Shown piece by piece: positions 49,240-59,669 of a stretch of 64,000 nucleotides of DNA. Position 1 is the stretch's first letter. The number at the start of each line of letters is the position of its first letter. A program made the position numbers and the translations under genes. The DNA comes from Desulfitobacterium chlororespirans DSM 11544 (GTDB lineage Bacteria; Bacillota; Desulfitobacteriia; Desulfitobacteriales; Desulfitobacteriaceae). The notes beneath the pieces are model-generated. The model had not been told where the DNA came from. It was given only the letters and a program-made list of their open reading frames with translations, and did no database searches. Where the stretch lies: contig NZ_FRDN01000012.1 in the NCBI RefSeq assembly GCF_900143285.1, positions 74,819 to 138,818 of the forward strand, written 5' to 3'.

Positions 49240-49356
49240 AATAATCCTCTTTCTCATGAGAAAATTTTGTTCTGATATACGGCTTAAGGCGATTTAAAAA
49301 AACCTGCTAATAGTGTAGGATGAATAATAAGAAGGTGTTCAAAAGGGGGAGACTTA

Positions 49357-50415
49357 GTGCGTCAGGTCAGTGTGAATTCCCTAAAAATCGGTGACGTTTT
49401 GGGTAAAACCATTTATTCAAGCAATGGACGGGTCTTATTGGGAAAAGGGGTTAAACTTACACCACTTTATATCAGTAAGATGAGAGATATGGGGATCACC
49501 ATTGTTTATATTGAGGACGATCGGTTTGAGGATGTTATTCCCGAAGATGTTATTGATGAAGAGAACCGCCGGGAGGCTATGGCAATCATTGAGCAAGCTT
49601 CTCAAGGGGTGCGGCTGGGAAAAAATCTGGATGATTTTCATTTGCGCAATATCGTCAGCAAGATTGTCGAAGAGATTCTGTTTAAAAAAGATATCCTGGT
49701 GAGCATGATGGACATCCGCAGCAAAGACAATTACACCTTTGCTCATTCTGTCAACGTCTGTGTCTTGGCCACAGTTCTGGGCAAGGTGATGCATCTGGAT
49801 AAAGAAAAGCTGGAAACCCTGGCTATCGGCGCTTTACTTCATGACATTGGTATGGTTCACCTGCCCCAGAATATACTGGAGAATCACGAACAACGTACAG
49901 AAGAAGAGGAAGAAGAATACAGGACCCATACCACCTTGGGATTTGAAGAATTGAGGAAGCGCAAAGAGCTTAACCTTGTGGTTGCCCATATAGCCTTTCA
50001 GCACCATGAGTATATTGATGGAACCGGTTATCCCCGTCAGCTTAAAGGCGATGAAATTCATCCTTTGGCTCAAATCGTGGCCATCGCCGATCTTTATGAT
50101 AAGCTGACCTCCGATAACAGCGGGATGAAACGAGTTATGCCTCATGAAGCTTGTGAAATCCTCATGGGTCTTGTGGGTAAACAGTTTCCCTTGGAACCGG
50201 TCCGCCTGTTCCTGCGCAATATCGCCGCTTATCCTACCGGGAGCACCGTTCGGCTTAATACGGGAGAAATCGGTGTAGTGGTGGATCAGAATCCCAGCAT
50301 CCCTACCCGGCCGGTGGTCCGTGTTTATGATGAGATGAATTATGAAGCCGGGCAAGGCAAAGAATATAATATGGTTGAAAACCGAACCGTCTTCATTAAT
50401 GAGGTTCTGGTTTAA
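49357..50415 (+). CDS. HD-GYP domain phosphodiesterase (c-di-GMP)
   Basis: GTG after aaaggggga; HD (LLHDIGM) and HHEYIDGTGYP. Confidence 0.85.
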   Translation: MRQVSVNSLKIGDVLGKTIYSSNGRVLLGKGVKLTPLYISKMRDMGITIVYIEDDRFEDVIPEDVIDEENRREAMAIIEQASQGVRLGKNLDDFHLRNIVSKIVEEILFKKDILVSMMDIRSKDNYTFAHSVNVCVLATVLGKVMHLDKEKLETLAIGALLHDIGMVHLPQNILENHEQRTEEEEEEYRTHTTLGFEELRKRKELNLVVAHIAFQHHEYIDGTGYPRQLKGDEIHPLAQIVAIADLYDKLTSDNSGMKRVMPHEACEILMGLVGKQFPLEPVRLFLRNIAAYPTGSTVRLNTGEIGVVVDQNPSIPTRPVVRVYDEMNYEAGQGKEYNMVENRTVFINEVLV

Positions 50416-50451
50416 ACTGAGGTTCTGGTTTATTCCTGAAGGAAGTTCCGT

Positions 50452-51078
50452 TCAAGCCGGCAATAATCTGCTGGGGCATAGTGGTGACAGGGGGCATTCC
50501 GGACATTTGGGGTTGCGGGCGGCACAGATTCTCCGTCCGTGCCAAATGAGCCAATGATGAGCTTGAATCCATTGGGAACGGGGAATACAGCTCATCAACT
50601 GCTTCTCGATCAGATCAGGATTCGTCCCTGAGGCCAGCCCTAACCGGTTGGAGACTCGTAAAACATGAGTGTCTACGGCCATTGCGGGGATATGAAAAGC
50701 ATTGCTGAGTACCACATTGGCTGTTTTTCTTCCCACACCGGGGAGTTGAGTCAGAGCTTCCATGGAGCCGGGGACTTCTCCGCCATAGTTTTCAACTAAG
50801 ATATGGCAGGTAGCTAAAATATTTTTGGCTTTATTATGATAAAGCCCCAGCTCTTTGATAGCCTGTTCCATTTCCGCTAAAGACATGGTTAAGAACTGTT
50901 CAGGGGTTTTGTAATCTCTAAACAGTCTTTCCGTGACTTGATTTACTTTTTTATCCGTAGCCTGAGCGCTCAACATCGTGGCAATCAGCAGCTCAAATGG
51001 GGTGGAGAAGTTGAGTTCACAATGGGCCTCGGGGTAGGTCGCCGCCAAGATGCTCAGAATAGAATTTACGTTGCTCAT
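50452..51078 (-). CDS. nth: Endonuclease III
   Basis: HhH-GPD; C-x6-C-x2-C-x5-C [4Fe-4S] at the C-terminus. Confidence 0.9.
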   Translation of the reverse strand: MSNVNSILSILAATYPEAHCELNFSTPFELLIATMLSAQATDKKVNQVTERLFRDYKTPEQFLTMSLAEMEQAIKELGLYHNKAKNILATCHILVENYGGEVPGSMEALTQLPGVGRKTANVVLSNAFHIPAMAVDTHVLRVSNRLGLASGTNPDLIEKQLMSCIPRSQWIQAHHWLIWHGRRICAARNPKCPECPLSPLCPSRLLPA

Positions 51079-51102
51079 GTTAGCCTCCTAATAGATAGTT
51101 GA

Positions 51103-51158
51103 TGATCAAGAGATGGTTTGTGATCAAAAGATAGTTTGCGATCAAGATTAGATCATGA
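51103..51158. repeat. Tandem imperfect 18-bp repeats (tgatcaaRagatRgtttg, 2.9 copies) in the nth/FAH divergent promoter region
   Basis: Read directly from the sequence. Confidence 0.5.
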
Positions 51159-51176
51159 AGAAAGGAAAACGGTGCG

Positions 51177-51932
51177 ATGCAGTACATTAGATTTTCATAT
51201 GAGGATAGAATTTGCTTTGGTCAGCTTCAAGGGGAAGCCATTGCTCTTCTTGACCGCTCTTATTTGGAAGCAGGCTGCCAAAAAACGGGTCAGATCCTCC
51301 GGGCAGATCAGGTTCGCTTGCTGGCACCTGTTGAGCCGACCAAGATCGTGTGTATTGGCTTGAATTATGCCAAACATATTGAAGAATTGGGCCATGATTT
51401 TCATGATGACCCTGTCATCTTTCTGAAGCCTGTCACTTCCTTAGTGGGGCCGGAGGATGAAATTATCCTGCCGGCGATGAGTCAGCAGGTCGACTATGAA
51501 GCAGAGCTTGTGGTGGTTATAGGTAAAACAGCTAAGGATCTCGCTGAAGATCAGGCTGAAGACTATATTTTCGGCTTCACCTGCGGCAATGATGTTACAG
51601 CCAGGGATCTGCAAAAGAAAGATGGGCAATGGACCCGCAGTAAGGGGTTTGATACCTTTTGCCCCATTGGGCCCTGGATCGTCAGAGACCTGGACTATAG
51701 AAATGTGAAGATCAGCTCAGTGTTGAATGGGGAGGTAAGGCAGTCTTCCCAAACCAGCCATTTAATCCATTCTGTTCCTAAATTGGTAAGCTATATTTCC
51801 CAGATTATGACCTTAAATCCTGGAGATTTGATCATGACTGGGACTCCCGAAGGCATAGGGCCCATGAAAACCGGTGATGCAATTGCTATTGAAATCGAAG
51901 GCATTGGCCGGCTGCACAACCTTGTCCGTTAG
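51177..51932 (+). CDS. Fumarylacetoacetate hydrolase (FAH) family hydratase/decarboxylase
   Basis: IVCIGLNYAKH, EAELVVVIGK, GTPEG motifs. Confidence 0.8.
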   Translation: MQYIRFSYEDRICFGQLQGEAIALLDRSYLEAGCQKTGQILRADQVRLLAPVEPTKIVCIGLNYAKHIEELGHDFHDDPVIFLKPVTSLVGPEDEIILPAMSQQVDYEAELVVVIGKTAKDLAEDQAEDYIFGFTCGNDVTARDLQKKDGQWTRSKGFDTFCPIGPWIVRDLDYRNVKISSVLNGEVRQSSQTSHLIHSVPKLVSYISQIMTLNPGDLIMTGTPEGIGPMKTGDAIAIEIEGIGRLHNLVR

Positions 51933-51939
51933 GAACGCC

Positions 51940-52257
51940 ATGTACTGGGTTTATATTCTTCACTGTGCCGATAATACACTCTACACCGGATCGACGCCAA
52001 GGCTGGAACGCCGAATTCAAGAACATAATCAAGGCAGCGGAGCGAAATACACCCGGGGACGGCGGCCGGTATCCCTTAGGCAGGCCTGGATTGTGGAGAA
52101 CCGGAGCCAGGCACTGCGGCTGGAAGCTTTTATAAAAAAGGCAGCACGCAAGGAAAAGGAACGCTTTATCGATAATCCCCAGTATCTTTTGAGCCTGGCC
52201 AAGGAGAAGGGCTATGACTTTGCCATAGGGATCGGAGATAAAACCGATTGTGGATAG
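51940..52257 (+). CDS. GIY-YIG nuclease-family protein (UPF0213)
   Basis: MYWVYILHCADNTLYTGST GIY-YIG motif. Confidence 0.8.
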   Translation: MYWVYILHCADNTLYTGSTPRLERRIQEHNQGSGAKYTRGRRPVSLRQAWIVENRSQALRLEAFIKKAARKEKERFIDNPQYLLSLAKEKGYDFAIGIGDKTDCG

Positions 52258-52336
52258 AATCCATTTACATATTACTATAATACAATTCCAGGTGTTTTGG
52301 AATGCGCAGATAGTATCCATTACTAAATTAAAACGG

Positions 52337-52389
52337 TAAAAGAACCGTGGGGCCTGCACAAAAAGAGTGCAAGCCCCACGGTTCTTTTA
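52337..52389. terminator. Bidirectional terminator hairpin between the GIY-YIG (+) and udk-like (-) genes
   Basis: aaaagaaccgtggggc...gccccacggttctttt. Confidence 0.6.
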
Positions 52390-52499
52390 CAATATCCTAA
52401 ATTATGTTAGTTACAGAAAGGAATGCTTAGGGAACTGGTCATATTTTCAAGGGCGGCGGTCAGCTTCTTAATACTCTGCCGACACCGGTGCCGGCAGGC

Positions 52500-53888
52500 C
52501 TAATAGATCCCGCCGCCGATAAACTCCCTCAAGATGGAATTAAAGGGGACTTTGGCTATATCCAGGATTTCAAAGTGGTAAAGCACTCTTAAGAGATGGG
52601 AGGCGGTGGCGTAATAGGGATGATCCTTAGGAATGCTGATTAAAAGCGGTTCGGCATAAGCCTTAAGAGCGTTCAATTCATAGAGCAGACTGGAATTGAA
52701 CATAACGTCCGCCTCTTCCTGGTAGGGGAATATATTGTTATTTTCTCCCCGCCGTACGCTGGACCATTGATTGAGGGTTTTCTCCGGGTTGATGCCACGA
52801 TATTTGTCATCACGAACCAAGCGGCGAATCAGGCGTACATCCGTTGTGGAGATACGATTATGGGTATCGATATTGGGTTGAAAAAGAGCGCTGATATAGA
52901 TTTTGAAGAGATGGGAGCGTTCCAGGGAAGGCAAAAGCCGGGGGTTGAGGGCATGAATCCCCTCCATGACCAATATTTCATCAGGTTCTAATTTCATGCG
53001 TATACCCTCGGGTTGACGACGGCCTGCCACAAAGTCGAAAATAGGGCACTCAATCTCCTCGCCATGGATTAAGGCGTTGACATGCTGGTTCAGCAAGGGG
53101 AGATCAAGAGCCTCGAGAGCTTCAAAGTCATATTGTCCATACTCATCAAGAGGTGTGTGTTCCCGATCGCAGAAATAATTATCCAACGACAAAGCAATGG
53201 GGCGGATGCCATTAACCTGAAGCTGTGTGGATAGACGTTGGGCAAAGGTAGTTTTCCCAGAGGAAGAGGGACCGGAAATGAGAATAATGCGGAGGTTCCT
53301 GCGCTGCTCCAGAATGCGATCAGCGATTAAGGAAATTTTTTTCTCATGCAAGGCTTCGGCTAAAGAGATGAGTTCCGTGGTCTTGCCTTTCTGGATATTA
53401 AGGTTAATAGAACCCACCTTATCCAAATGGAGGTTTTCCACCCAACGCTGGGACTCCAGGAAAGTAGCGGTTAATTTTTCCGGTGGTACAAAATTGGGCA
53501 GCTCGCAGGGATGCTCAGGATTAGAAAAGAGCAAAATAAAGCCGGGATGATAGAAGATGAGGATAAAAGGATAATAGGTATCTGCCGGGTGCATAGCGGG
53601 ATAAAGAGACTTGACGAAGATATGATTGACCTTCGTGTGAAAGAAGCCGTCTTCTTCCGCACAGGACATGATCTTCGGCTTAGAGTCCAACCAGTGATGG
53701 AGTTTTTCCTCGATTTGCGCTACTTCCCGAGGCGAAAGAGGTGAGTTCTCTAACTCGCAATAAATACCATCTAAAATGGAGTATTGAATCTTTATTTCCT
53801 CCTGAGGAAAAAGCTCCTCCACAATCCTAATTAAGCCAAAAATAAGGGTCTGACGATATTGACGATGGGTCGTTTCCATGACACTCAT
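52500..53888 (-). CDS. Uridine-kinase/PRK-family nucleoside kinase with ~200-aa N-terminal extension
   Basis: Start re-placed at the ATG after aagaggtg; P-loop ILISGPSSSGKTT. Confidence 0.7.
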   Translation of the reverse strand: MSVMETTHRQYRQTLIFGLIRIVEELFPQEEIKIQYSILDGIYCELENSPLSPREVAQIEEKLHHWLDSKPKIMSCAEEDGFFHTKVNHIFVKSLYPAMHPADTYYPFILIFYHPGFILLFSNPEHPCELPNFVPPEKLTATFLESQRWVENLHLDKVGSINLNIQKGKTTELISLAEALHEKKISLIADRILEQRRNLRIILISGPSSSGKTTFAQRLSTQLQVNGIRPIALSLDNYFCDREHTPLDEYGQYDFEALEALDLPLLNQHVNALIHGEEIECPIFDFVAGRRQPEGIRMKLEPDEILVMEGIHALNPRLLPSLERSHLFKIYISALFQPNIDTHNRISTTDVRLIRRLVRDDKYRGINPEKTLNQWSSVRRGENNNIFPYQEEADVMFNSSLLYELNALKAYAEPLLISIPKDHPYYATASHLLRVLYHFEILDIAKVPFNSILREFIGGGIY

Positions 53889-54054
53889 TGAGGCACCTCT
53901 TTTCTTTAGAGTCTGTCTTAAGCTTAATTCTACAGAGGAATCCTTCCTTCCTGTTACTTTTGAGAATGATTTTAAAAAGATATGGTATACTGGAGAAGGA
54001 AAAATATCCATCTCTGGCGAATACAATTCGGATAATGTCTTGGGGAGTGAATGC

Positions 54055-55539
54055 ATGTTGTATGAAAGCACGAGAGGGAATTTCCCTGATCAAACTGGAA
54101 AAGAAGCGATTGCCTTGGGCATGGTTCCGGTAGGGGGGTTATTTGTTCCGAAAGAACTTCCGCAAATCCACTGGGAGGAAGTTCGCGGCATTTCCTATCC
54201 TGAACTGGCCCAATTGATTTTTAAACGCTATCTACCCGATTTTCCGGAGGAGAAATGTGTTGAGACTTCAAAAATATACACGGATGGAGTTTTCGATTCG
54301 GATAATCCGGCTCCCCTGGTGAATGTGGGAGATCTGGGAGTACTGGAGCTATGGCATGGCCCTACTGCCGCCTTTAAAGATATGGCCTTGCAGGCTTTGC
54401 CCCATCTTTTGGGAGAAAGCATGCAGGTTCTCACCCACACCGACAAGGTGCTGATTTTGGTCGCTACATCAGGAGACACCGGAAAGGCCGCCCTGGAGGG
54501 GTTTAAGAATGTTGAGGGTACAGAGATCATGGTCTTTTATCCTGAACATGGGGTGAGCACTGTTCAGGAGCGGCAAATGACCACAACTGATGGGGTCAAC
54601 ACTAAAGTAGTTCCCGTTGCCGGTAATTTCGATCAGTGTCAATCCGCCGTGAAAGAGATTTTTGGCAATCCTGACTTAAGAGAAAAATTTAAGGAACAAG
54701 GCATTGCCTTTTCTTCGGCAAATTCGATTAACTGGGGAAGGCTCTTGCCGCAAATCATCTATTACTATTGGGCTTATTTGCAAGGGGTGGAATCGCAAAA
54801 AATCCGTCCCGGGGAAAAGATGAATGTGGTGATACCCACAGGGAACTTCGGCAACATTCTTGCCGCTTATTATGCCAAGGAAATGGGACTGCCTATTCAT
54901 CAACTCATTTGTGCCTCCAATGAGAATAATGTGCTGACAGATTTCTTCAGCCAAGGAGTGTATAACCGCAAGCGTCCCTTTTTCGTGACATCTTCACCTT
55001 CGATGGATATTTTAATATCCAGTAATTTTGAGCGCTTCCTCTACGAAGTTTCCGGAAGGGATGGCTCTAAAGTAGGGAAGTGGTATGATGATCTTCAGGC
55101 ACTTGGTGAATTTACTGTGGATACAGATACTTTAACCAGAGCCAGAGAAGCAGTCGTTGCCGGATGGGCCGGTGAGGCGGATGTTCTGGCGGTCATCCAA
55201 TCCGTATATAAAGAACATGCCTATGTTCTGGATCCTCATACTGCTGTAGCGGTGAAAGTATATCAAGATTATCTTCGGGAATCAGGAGACAACACATTTA
55301 CCGTGATTGCCTCAACAGCCAGTCCTTTCAAATTTGCCAAAACCGTCTTAGCGGGCATTGATGCCGATGCCTTAGCGGATGATGAATGGACAAATTTACG
55401 GAGGCTGAGGGAGATTACCGGCTGGTGCATACCCAAAGGGCTGCAAGGGTTAGAGGATCAAGAGACCTTTGGTTTGGAGCCGGTGCAACCTGAGGAGATT
55501 CCGGAACTCATCCAGAAGGTTTACATTCCCAATAGATAA
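54055..55539 (+). CDS. thrC: Threonine synthase (long form)
   Basis: Start re-placed at MLYESTRG after ggggag; PLP Lys in AFKDMALQ. Confidence 0.9.
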   Translation: MLYESTRGNFPDQTGKEAIALGMVPVGGLFVPKELPQIHWEEVRGISYPELAQLIFKRYLPDFPEEKCVETSKIYTDGVFDSDNPAPLVNVGDLGVLELWHGPTAAFKDMALQALPHLLGESMQVLTHTDKVLILVATSGDTGKAALEGFKNVEGTEIMVFYPEHGVSTVQERQMTTTDGVNTKVVPVAGNFDQCQSAVKEIFGNPDLREKFKEQGIAFSSANSINWGRLLPQIIYYYWAYLQGVESQKIRPGEKMNVVIPTGNFGNILAAYYAKEMGLPIHQLICASNENNVLTDFFSQGVYNRKRPFFVTSSPSMDILISSNFERFLYEVSGRDGSKVGKWYDDLQALGEFTVDTDTLTRAREAVVAGWAGEADVLAVIQSVYKEHAYVLDPHTAVAVKVYQDYLRESGDNTFTVIASTASPFKFAKTVLAGIDADALADDEWTNLRRLREITGWCIPKGLQGLEDQETFGLEPVQPEEIPELIQKVYIPNR

Positions 55540-55584
55540 GCTATTGCACAGATAGGATATATCTGACAGCTTGTTGGCATCTTC

Positions 55585-55618
55585 GGGGTTTATCACCAGA
55601 TAAGCCCTTTTTTCTTTT
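55585..55618 (+). terminator. Intrinsic terminator after thrC
   Basis: ggggtttatc-acca-gataagccc plus T-run. Confidence 0.6.
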
Positions 55619-55725
55619 CCCTTAAGAAGAAAAACTTTTCAGAAAAAAGGAGATAATCTATTCATGCCGAACAATGAGATTTGACATAAGAGAAAAATCT
55701 TGACAAGGGAGAAAGTGGTGATAGC

Positions 55726-56250
55726 ATGGGTTCAATTCTACAGTTTGTTTTAATTATCATTGCTATTAATATAACTTATGTGACCTTAACGACCATCCGC
55801 TTTATTTTAATGATTAAAGGCATGCGGGTCTATGCTTCGCTTTTGTCTGTGCTGGAAGTCTTCATCTATATCATGGGGCTTTCCATTATCCTGGACAACC
55901 TCGACAGCTATTGGAATATTGCGGCTTATTGCTGTGGTTATGGAGTGGGGGTCTATCTGGGCAGCCGAATCGAAGAACGGCTGGCCCTCGGCTATATTAT
56001 GGCCCAGGTCATCGTAGAATGCGAATATCAGGGGCTGGCAGGGGAACTGAGGGACGCCGGCTTTGGCGTGACGAGCTGGCTGGGAGAAGGGAAAACCGGG
56101 CCGCGTATGGTCATGATGGTGTTGGCCAAGCGCAACCGCCAGAAAGAGCTGTTAAACAGGATCGACAGCCTGTGTTCAAATGCCTTTGTCATTTTTGAGG
56201 AACCGAAGAATTTCCGCGGGGGATTCTGGGCGAAGAAGGTTCTACACTAA
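55726..56250 (+). CDS. UPF0316/DUF2179 membrane protein
   Basis: YVTLTTIRFILMIKGMR..VLEVFIYIMGL..KIEERLALGY family pattern. Confidence 0.7.
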   Translation: MGSILQFVLIIIAINITYVTLTTIRFILMIKGMRVYASLLSVLEVFIYIMGLSIILDNLDSYWNIAAYCCGYGVGVYLGSRIEERLALGYIMAQVIVECEYQGLAGELRDAGFGVTSWLGEGKTGPRMVMMVLAKRNRQKELLNRIDSLCSNAFVIFEEPKNFRGGFWAKKVLH

Positions 56251-56310
56251 GGAAGTTCAGCACTAAGAAAGCACCAACGGCGTATGTCGTTGGTGCTTAA
56301 AGTTAACTGG

Positions 56311-57168
56311 TTATTCCTTGGCCGAAAGCTTTTCCTTAGGATAGGAGCCTAATAGTTTAGTGCTGACCCCTTTGTCTTTGAGAGCCCATAAAGCCTCCTG
56401 GATCGATGGGGAGAAGACATAGCCGTCAATGTCCACAAAGAACACATACTCGCCCAGCTTTTTCTTGGAAGGGCGGGACTCAATACGGCTTAAGTTAATA
56501 TTGCGCAGGGCAAATTCCTGAAGGGCATGGGCTAAGGCTCCGGGGGTATCTCCGGTAATGATTAAAAGGGATGTTTTATCCTCCTCATTCATCTCCGCAA
56601 GATGATGTCCTACAAAAATAAAACGGGTGGCATTGAGCATAGAGTCCTGAATTTTTTCTGATTTACAGTGTAAATTATAGATTTCCGCGGCGCGCCGGGG
56701 TCCGATAGCAGCCCAAGGCTGAGCGGGATTCTGGGCTATTTTCGTAACGGCTTCAGCGGTGCTAGGGCAAGATAATTGCTCGGCCTGAGCCAGATGAGTT
56801 TCCAGAAAATCACGGCACTGTCCCAAGGCTTGTTCATGGGAATAGACCTGCTCTATTTGAGCTAAATGAAGGGGCTGAGCGGTGATCAGGCATTGGTCCA
56901 CAGGGAATATAAATTCTCTCATGATATACAGACTTTCCGTCTGGCCTAACATATCCATGGTCACTCCCACCTGGCCCTCGGTGGAATTCTCCAGAGGGAC
57001 AAAGGCCCCTTCGATCTCCAGGTTTTGGCAGGCTATTAATAGTTTGGGAATGGTCGTAAAGGGCATAAGGTTCAGCGGCGGTTCCAATAGATCGGATTGA
57101 GTCGCTAAAAAGAGTTGAAGCGCTTCTTCAGAAAAGCTGCCTTTCGGCCCTAAATAGCCAATGTTCAT
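56311..57168 (-). CDS. pheA: Prephenate dehydratase (PDT plus ACT domain)
   Basis: MNIGYLGPKGSFSEEA; ESRP motif; C-terminal ACT domain. Confidence 0.9.
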   Translation of the reverse strand: MNIGYLGPKGSFSEEALQLFLATQSDLLEPPLNLMPFTTIPKLLIACQNLEIEGAFVPLENSTEGQVGVTMDMLGQTESLYIMREFIFPVDQCLITAQPLHLAQIEQVYSHEQALGQCRDFLETHLAQAEQLSCPSTAEAVTKIAQNPAQPWAAIGPRRAAEIYNLHCKSEKIQDSMLNATRFIFVGHHLAEMNEEDKTSLLIITGDTPGALAHALQEFALRNINLSRIESRPSKKKLGEYVFFVDIDGYVFSPSIQEALWALKDKGVSTKLLGSYPKEKLSAKE

Positions 57169-57184
57169 CGTCTTATCCTCCTCG

Positions 57185-57490
57185 TCTTGCTCTCATTAGT
57201 AAATAAAAAAAGACTTACCTCACCCCTGAATAAGGGACGAGTTAAGTCACGCGGTACCACCCTTTTTGCTGTATGTACAACAGCCTCTCACATGATCCTG
57301 GAACGAATCAAGGCTCTTAACGGAAGCGGCCGGCATTCCCTACTTTAAGTTCAGGAACGCAACTCCGGAGTGAATATCTGTTACCAGCAACCACTAAAGC
57401 TTTCAGTCTCCGGCTTTAGTTCCCTGAAGGTCTGGGCTAACAGATGCTCTCTTTCATCGTTGTTGTTGATTTGGAAATTCGATTTTAACA
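57185..57490 (-). promoter_or_regulatory. T-box riboswitch leader controlling pheA (Phe specifier UUC)
   Basis: Minus-strand T-box AAAAAGGGUGGUACCGCG (plus 57250-57267), followed by terminator hairpin plus U7; AGAGAG stem-I box; CUUCA specifier context (plus 57426-57428). Confidence 0.75.
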
Positions 57491-57767
57491 ATTATATCAA
57501 GAACTGGTGCAATTGAAAAGCAAAACTTAGTAAATTCTTGATTTTTAGATATTTGTACACTTTAAACTTGCAGAAACCTTACAAGCACGTTAAAATAATG
57601 TTTGGAAGGTTGGGGAACCTTCCTGGGAGATAAGGTGGACGAGGTGGCAGAAACAGGCAGTGGAACGTACGCTGCCTGTTTCACTTTTTATTGACAATAA
57701 TTTTGCTAAATTTTCCCCATCCTGTGTATAATAAGCATTAGGGTAAGTCAATAAGGAGGGAATGCTT

Positions 57768-59567
57768 ATGGAACAAGCTAAACTAAAAACACGTTCAGAA
57801 ATCTCTGAGCAATATAAATGGCATCTTGAGGATATTTTCCCTAGTGATCAAGCTTGGGAAGAGGAATTTCTTAAAGCTGAAAAGCTTTTGCAACGAGCTG
57901 AATCATTCCAAGGGCATTTGGGGGATAGTGCCGAAGCTTTGTTAACCTGCTTTGACTGGATGGATGAAGTGGGGCAAAGTGTAGGTGAAATCTACACCTA
58001 TGCACGGATGCGCCGGGATGAAGACAACCGGAATGCTTATTATCAGGCTTTGACGGATCGGGCCGGTGCTCTATCTGTCCGGGTGGGGAGTGCTTTAGCT
58101 TTTATAGTTCCGGAAATTCTCGCTTTGCCGGAAGGAAGACTCCGGGAATTCCGCAAAGCGAATGAAAAGATGGCCCTTTATGACCACGCCTTAGAAGATA
58201 TTTTGCGTAAACGTGAACATGTATTAAGTTCTCAAGAGGAAAAGTTACTGGCTGAAATGGGCGAGATAGCTGAAGGTCCCAGCACCATTTTTGGTATGGC
58301 CAATAACGCCGATCTTAAATTTCCCAGTATTAAGAATGAGCAGGATGAGGAAGTCGAGCTCACCAAAGGAAACTATATTCAGTTCATGGAAAGCGAAGAC
58401 CGGCGGGTGCGGCAAGAGGCTTTCGAAACCCTCTATGGCACCTACCAAAAACAAATTAATACCTGGGCGGCCATCCTTAACTCCAATATTAAAGGGGACG
58501 TTTTTTTCGCCAAGGCCAGGCGTTACCCTTCGGCCATTGAGGCTTCCTTAGATGATGATAAAGTTCCTTTAGGGGTCTATGATGCCTTGATCGATACCGT
58601 CCGTGAGTTTTTGCCGGAGATGCATCGCTATGTAAAGCTGAGAAAGAAGGCCTTGGGGCTGGACGAACTACATATGTATGATATTTATGTTCCCATTGTC
58701 TCAGAGGTCAAGATGACGATTCCTTATCAGGAAGCCGTGGCGATGTGCCGGGAGGGGCTCAAACCCTTAGGCTCAGACTATGGCAAGGTCTTGGAAGAAG
58801 GGTTCACTTCCCACTGGATTGATGTCTATGAAAACCAGGGGAAAACCAGCGGTGCCTATTCTTGGGGGACCTACCGTTCCCACCCTTATGTGCTGCTCAA
58901 TCATCAGGATACGTTAGATTCGATGTTTACGATTGCCCATGAGATGGGGCATTCCCTCCATACCTATTTTTCCAATCGCACTCAGCCTCATATCTATGCC
59001 GGTTACAAGATTTTCGTGGCTGAAGTGGCCTCTACTCTCAATGAAGCTCTGGTGATGGACCATTTGCTCAAAACCACGGAAGATCCCAAGTTATTGGCCT
59101 ATTTGCTGAACCATTATCTGGAGCAGTTCAGAGGCACTGTTTTCCGTCAGACCATGTTTGCGGAATTTGAAAAGAAAACCCATGCTCTGGTGGAACAAGG
59201 TGAAGCTCTCACCGCAGAATTGTTATCCAGCACCTATCTTAAGCTTAATGAGGATTACTATGGACCGGATGTGGTGATGGACCCGCAAATTGCTATTGAA
59301 TGGGCCAGAATCCCTCATTTTTACAATGCTTTTTATGTTTATAAATATGCCACAGGGTTCTCGGCAGCTACGGCTTTAGCGAGGAAGATTCTTGATGAAG
59401 GGGAGCCGGCTGTGGAGCGCTATCTCGAATTCCTGTCCAGCGGCAGCTCCGATTATCCGATCGAATTGCTGCGCAAGGCTGGTGTGGATATGGAGACGCC
59501 GGTGCCGGTAAGGGAGGCTTTGCAGGTCTTTACGAGCCTGTTGGATCGGTTGGAGGGGCTGCTTTAA
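57768..59567 (+). CDS. pepF: Oligoendopeptidase F (M3B)
   Basis: ATG 7 nt after aaggaggg; HEMGH zinc motif. Confidence 0.9.
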   Translation: MEQAKLKTRSEISEQYKWHLEDIFPSDQAWEEEFLKAEKLLQRAESFQGHLGDSAEALLTCFDWMDEVGQSVGEIYTYARMRRDEDNRNAYYQALTDRAGALSVRVGSALAFIVPEILALPEGRLREFRKANEKMALYDHALEDILRKREHVLSSQEEKLLAEMGEIAEGPSTIFGMANNADLKFPSIKNEQDEEVELTKGNYIQFMESEDRRVRQEAFETLYGTYQKQINTWAAILNSNIKGDVFFAKARRYPSAIEASLDDDKVPLGVYDALIDTVREFLPEMHRYVKLRKKALGLDELHMYDIYVPIVSEVKMTIPYQEAVAMCREGLKPLGSDYGKVLEEGFTSHWIDVYENQGKTSGAYSWGTYRSHPYVLLNHQDTLDSMFTIAHEMGHSLHTYFSNRTQPHIYAGYKIFVAEVASTLNEALVMDHLLKTTEDPKLLAYLLNHYLEQFRGTVFRQTMFAEFEKKTHALVEQGEALTAELLSSTYLKLNEDYYGPDVVMDPQIAIEWARIPHFYNAFYVYKYATGFSAATALARKILDEGEPAVERYLEFLSSGSSDYPIELLRKAGVDMETPVPVREALQVFTSLLDRLEGLL

Positions 59568-59669
59568 GCTGAGTCTCCGGAGGTATCCGGAAGTCTTCAG
59601 GATTGCCCGGAAGCCGATTCTTCAGGATTGCCCGGAAGTTGAGTCTCCAGAATTTTGCTTTACACCGGT

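Noticed and set aside
53878-54071. Apparent 190-bp overlap between the thrC ORF (+) and the udk-like ORF (-) as given in the track
   Set aside because: It is an artefact of longest-ORF calling. Both genes have better internal starts with proper RBSs: thrC ATG 54055 after ggggag, and the udk-like ATG at 53888 after aagaggtg. These starts give a normal 166-bp divergent intergenic region.
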